This document shows, in pieces, positions 17,478-19,265 of a stretch of DNA of 19,265 nt. A model generated the notes under the pieces. That model ran no database searches and was not told the DNA's origin. It worked only from the letters and a program-made list of their open reading frames with translations. Position 1 is the first letter of the stretch. The number at the start of each line of letters is the position of its first letter. The position numbers were made by a program, and so were the translations under genes. This DNA is from a candidate division WOR-3 bacterium (lineage in GTDB: Bacteria; Hydrothermota; Tepidihabitantia; SM23-42; CAYGYG01), in assembly GCA_965648915.1 (NCBI GenBank), contig CBFGIV010000043.1:1-19265 (forward strand), read 5' to 3'.

Positions 17478-18671
17478 CTAATTAATTTCAATGATTCCTT
17501 CCTTAACCGAATTGCCTTTCAATGCCTGATCAATGGCATTAAGAAGCGATTGGGTTGGATCGTACTCTTTTCCCATAATGGAGACAAAGTAGGTGCTGGT
17601 GTGGCCATAATTACACCTTTCTACCTCAAAAACGATCTGACCAAAATTTATCTCCGGGACAACAAAACCTTTTATCCTTTTTGACAGCTCGGTAATTCTC
17701 TTGTCTGGGAAAGGCCAGACCGTATTAAGTTTTAGATGGCCGACTTTGAGACCCGATCTCCTTGCCTCTTCGACTGCCTTCAAGGCGATGCGGGTGGTCG
17801 AACCATATGATATGACTATTGTCTCAGCGTCTTCAGTTCTGGTCTCGGTAAAATCGATAATTTTATCACTATTCTTGCGAATCTTCCAGACTAGGGGATG
17901 GACATTATACTCCTGACACTCTTCAAACATAATTGGGTAACCACGGTCATCATGGGTCAAACCTGTAACATGAAATTTATATCCCTGGCCGATATCGACC
18001 ATCCTCGGGACAAAATCTTCGTCTCTTTTGAAAGGTAGATATTTATCCTTGGGCCCTTCATAATACCTTCGCGGTTCAATCTCAATCTCATCGGCTGACG
18101 GAATAATAACCTCTTCACGAAGTTGGGCAATATTGGCATCAGACATAATCATAACCGGTGTGCGGAAGCGCTCAGCCAGATTAAATGCCTTGATCGTAAA
18201 ATTGAACATCTCTTGCGGTGAAGATGGTGCCAAGGCAATAACTTCATAATCGCCGTGTGAACCCCATCTTGCCTGCATCATATCGCCCTGAGCCGGTTGG
18301 TCGACGAGACCGATACCCGGCCCGAGATGTTGAACATTTACAATCACGCAGGGTGTCTCCAGCATTACCGCGAGTCCGATATGTTCCATCATCAGGGAAA
18401 AACCCGGTCCCGAGGTGACCGACATTGCCCTTTTACCGGTCCAGACTGCTCCCAGAACACAGGCCAGAGCCGATATCTCATCTTCCATCTGGACAAATGT
18501 CGCATTTACTGTCCGGCCTCTTTTAAGAAATCGATCGCAGATTTCCACTGCGGGCATAATTGGATAAGTACCCAAAAAACGGCACCCCGCGGCCAGAGCG
18601 CCTTCAGCACAGGCCTCGTTGCCGGTTAGTTGATGAACCCCGGTTAAGACACCGACTGGATCTGCCTTCAT
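17478..18671 (-). CDS. korA: 2-oxoacid:ferredoxin oxidoreductase alpha subunit (alpha1, altered active-site motifs)
   Basis: GNEACAEGA, QMEDE and TSGPG are retained; YPIMP replaces YPITP and NVQHLGPGIG replaces NVQRxGPSTG. Confidence 0.85.
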   Translation of the reverse strand: MKADPVGVLTGVHQLTGNEACAEGALAAGCRFLGTYPIMPAVEICDRFLKRGRTVNATFVQMEDEISALACVLGAVWTGKRAMSVTSGPGFSLMMEHIGLAVMLETPCVIVNVQHLGPGIGLVDQPAQGDMMQARWGSHGDYEVIALAPSSPQEMFNFTIKAFNLAERFRTPVMIMSDANIAQLREEVIIPSADEIEIEPRRYYEGPKDKYLPFKRDEDFVPRMVDIGQGYKFHVTGLTHDDRGYPIMFEECQEYNVHPLVWKIRKNSDKIIDFTETRTEDAETIVISYGSTTRIALKAVEEARRSGLKVGHLKLNTVWPFPDKRITELSKRIKGFVVPEINFGQIVFEVERCNYGHTSTYFVSIMGKEYDPTQSLLNAIDQALKGNSVKEGIIEIN

Positions 18672-18721
18672 AGATTTATTCGATTTCCGATACCAAAAGT
18701 ATTCTCCCGGCCGTCTTCCTT

Positions 18722-18757
18722 TTTAAGAAAGCAATAATGGGGCATTTCTTTCTTAAA
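18722..18757. repeat. intergenic 10-bp perfect inverted repeat
   Basis: TTTAAGAAAG-N16-CTTTCTTAAA between the delta and alpha1 genes. Confidence 0.5.
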
Positions 18758-18769
18758 CATCGTTAAACA

Positions 18770-19072
18770 TCAGCGATTATCACCGGTTGTTGACTCAACA
18801 TTCTCAAGGAATTTCTCTTCTTTTAATGTTACATATATTGCGAATTCTGGACAGAGGATTTCGCAGAGATGGCATTCGAGACAGGCATCCCCATTTTTTA
18901 CTCGAGGTGGATGATAACCTTTTGCATTAAATTCTTGAGAAACTTCTAAGACATCGCAGGGACAATATTCAACACAGAAAGCGCAACCCTTGCATCGATC
19001 TTTAATTATATGGATTTCACCATGGGACACCTTAATTTTATCTGCGTCTAATGGTTTTCGCCAGAATTTCAT
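18770..19072 (-). CDS. korD: 2-oxoacid:ferredoxin oxidoreductase delta subunit (2x[4Fe-4S] ferredoxin)
   Basis: CKGCAFCVEYCP, NAKGYHPP, CLECHLCEILCPEFAI; first gene of the oxidoreductase cluster. Confidence 0.9.
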   Translation of the reverse strand: MKFWRKPLDADKIKVSHGEIHIIKDRCKGCAFCVEYCPCDVLEVSQEFNAKGYHPPRVKNGDACLECHLCEILCPEFAIYVTLKEEKFLENVESTTGDNR

Positions 19073-19092
19073 AAGTGAATAAATACAGAATA

Positions 19093-19120
19093 AATATATT
19101 TAAAAAAAAAGAAAAGTCAA
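19093..19120 (-). promoter_or_regulatory. candidate operon promoter TTGACT-N16-TATATT
   Basis: -35 at 19120-19115 and -10 at 19098-19093, 20 nt upstream of the delta ATG. Confidence 0.5.
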
Positions 19121-19227
19121 CTATAATATTAGATCTACCAGCCCTGCCGAATACTTTTTCAAATTTTCCTATTTTTAGAGGTCGGGGTCATTAGAATTGA
19201 TTTTTTAAGCAATGTAATAAAAAAGGG

Positions 19228-19256
19228 TAGACAACGCCCTGCTACTATGTTATAAT
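19228..19256 (+). promoter_or_regulatory. divergent promoter TAGACA-N17-TATAAT with extended -10 (TG), for a gene beyond the window
   Basis: TAGACA at 19228-19233, TG at 19248-19249, TATAAT at 19251-19256. Confidence 0.6.
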
Positions 19257-19265
19257 AACATAATA

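Noticed and set aside
3991..18629. Numerous short plus-strand and alternate-frame ORFs (e.g. 5025..5630, 8516..8857, 13732..13962, 17046..17684)
   Set aside because: They are antisense or out-of-frame shadows of well-supported genes and carry no recognisable motifs.

Overview
Bacterial (anaerobe-type) energy-metabolism region. On the minus strand an ~15 kb co-oriented cluster runs: 2-oxoacid:ferredoxin oxidoreductase (delta, alpha1, beta1, alpha2, beta2, gamma), a tandem double-module HdrA, a truncated four-helix-bundle gene, MvhD, an HdrD-like CCG Fe-S protein, HdrC, an MNT/HEPN toxin-antitoxin pair, HdrB, an HdrA-MvhD fusion and a 50-aa zinc-ribbon gene missed by the ORF track. Both hdrA genes are split in the ORF track only because of an in-frame TGA in a CxxU motif. 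Each TGA is followed at the same distance by the same hairpin, so both read as selenoproteins with SECIS elements. On the plus strand a convergent two-gene unit encodes a small nucleotidyltransferase-fold protein and a divergent GlnE/GlnD-like protein with two NTase domains. The most unusual signals are: (1) a family of inverted 8-nt tandem-repeat arms (TGATGGTT/AACCATCA) that enclose the four-helix-bundle gene, intrude into the neighbouring coding sequences and recur as an 'empty' copy on the other side of hdrA; (2) reciprocally degenerate duplicate alpha/beta oxidoreductase subunits; (3) the three-NTase-domain operon. All family assignments come from motif recognition by eye; no database search was run.
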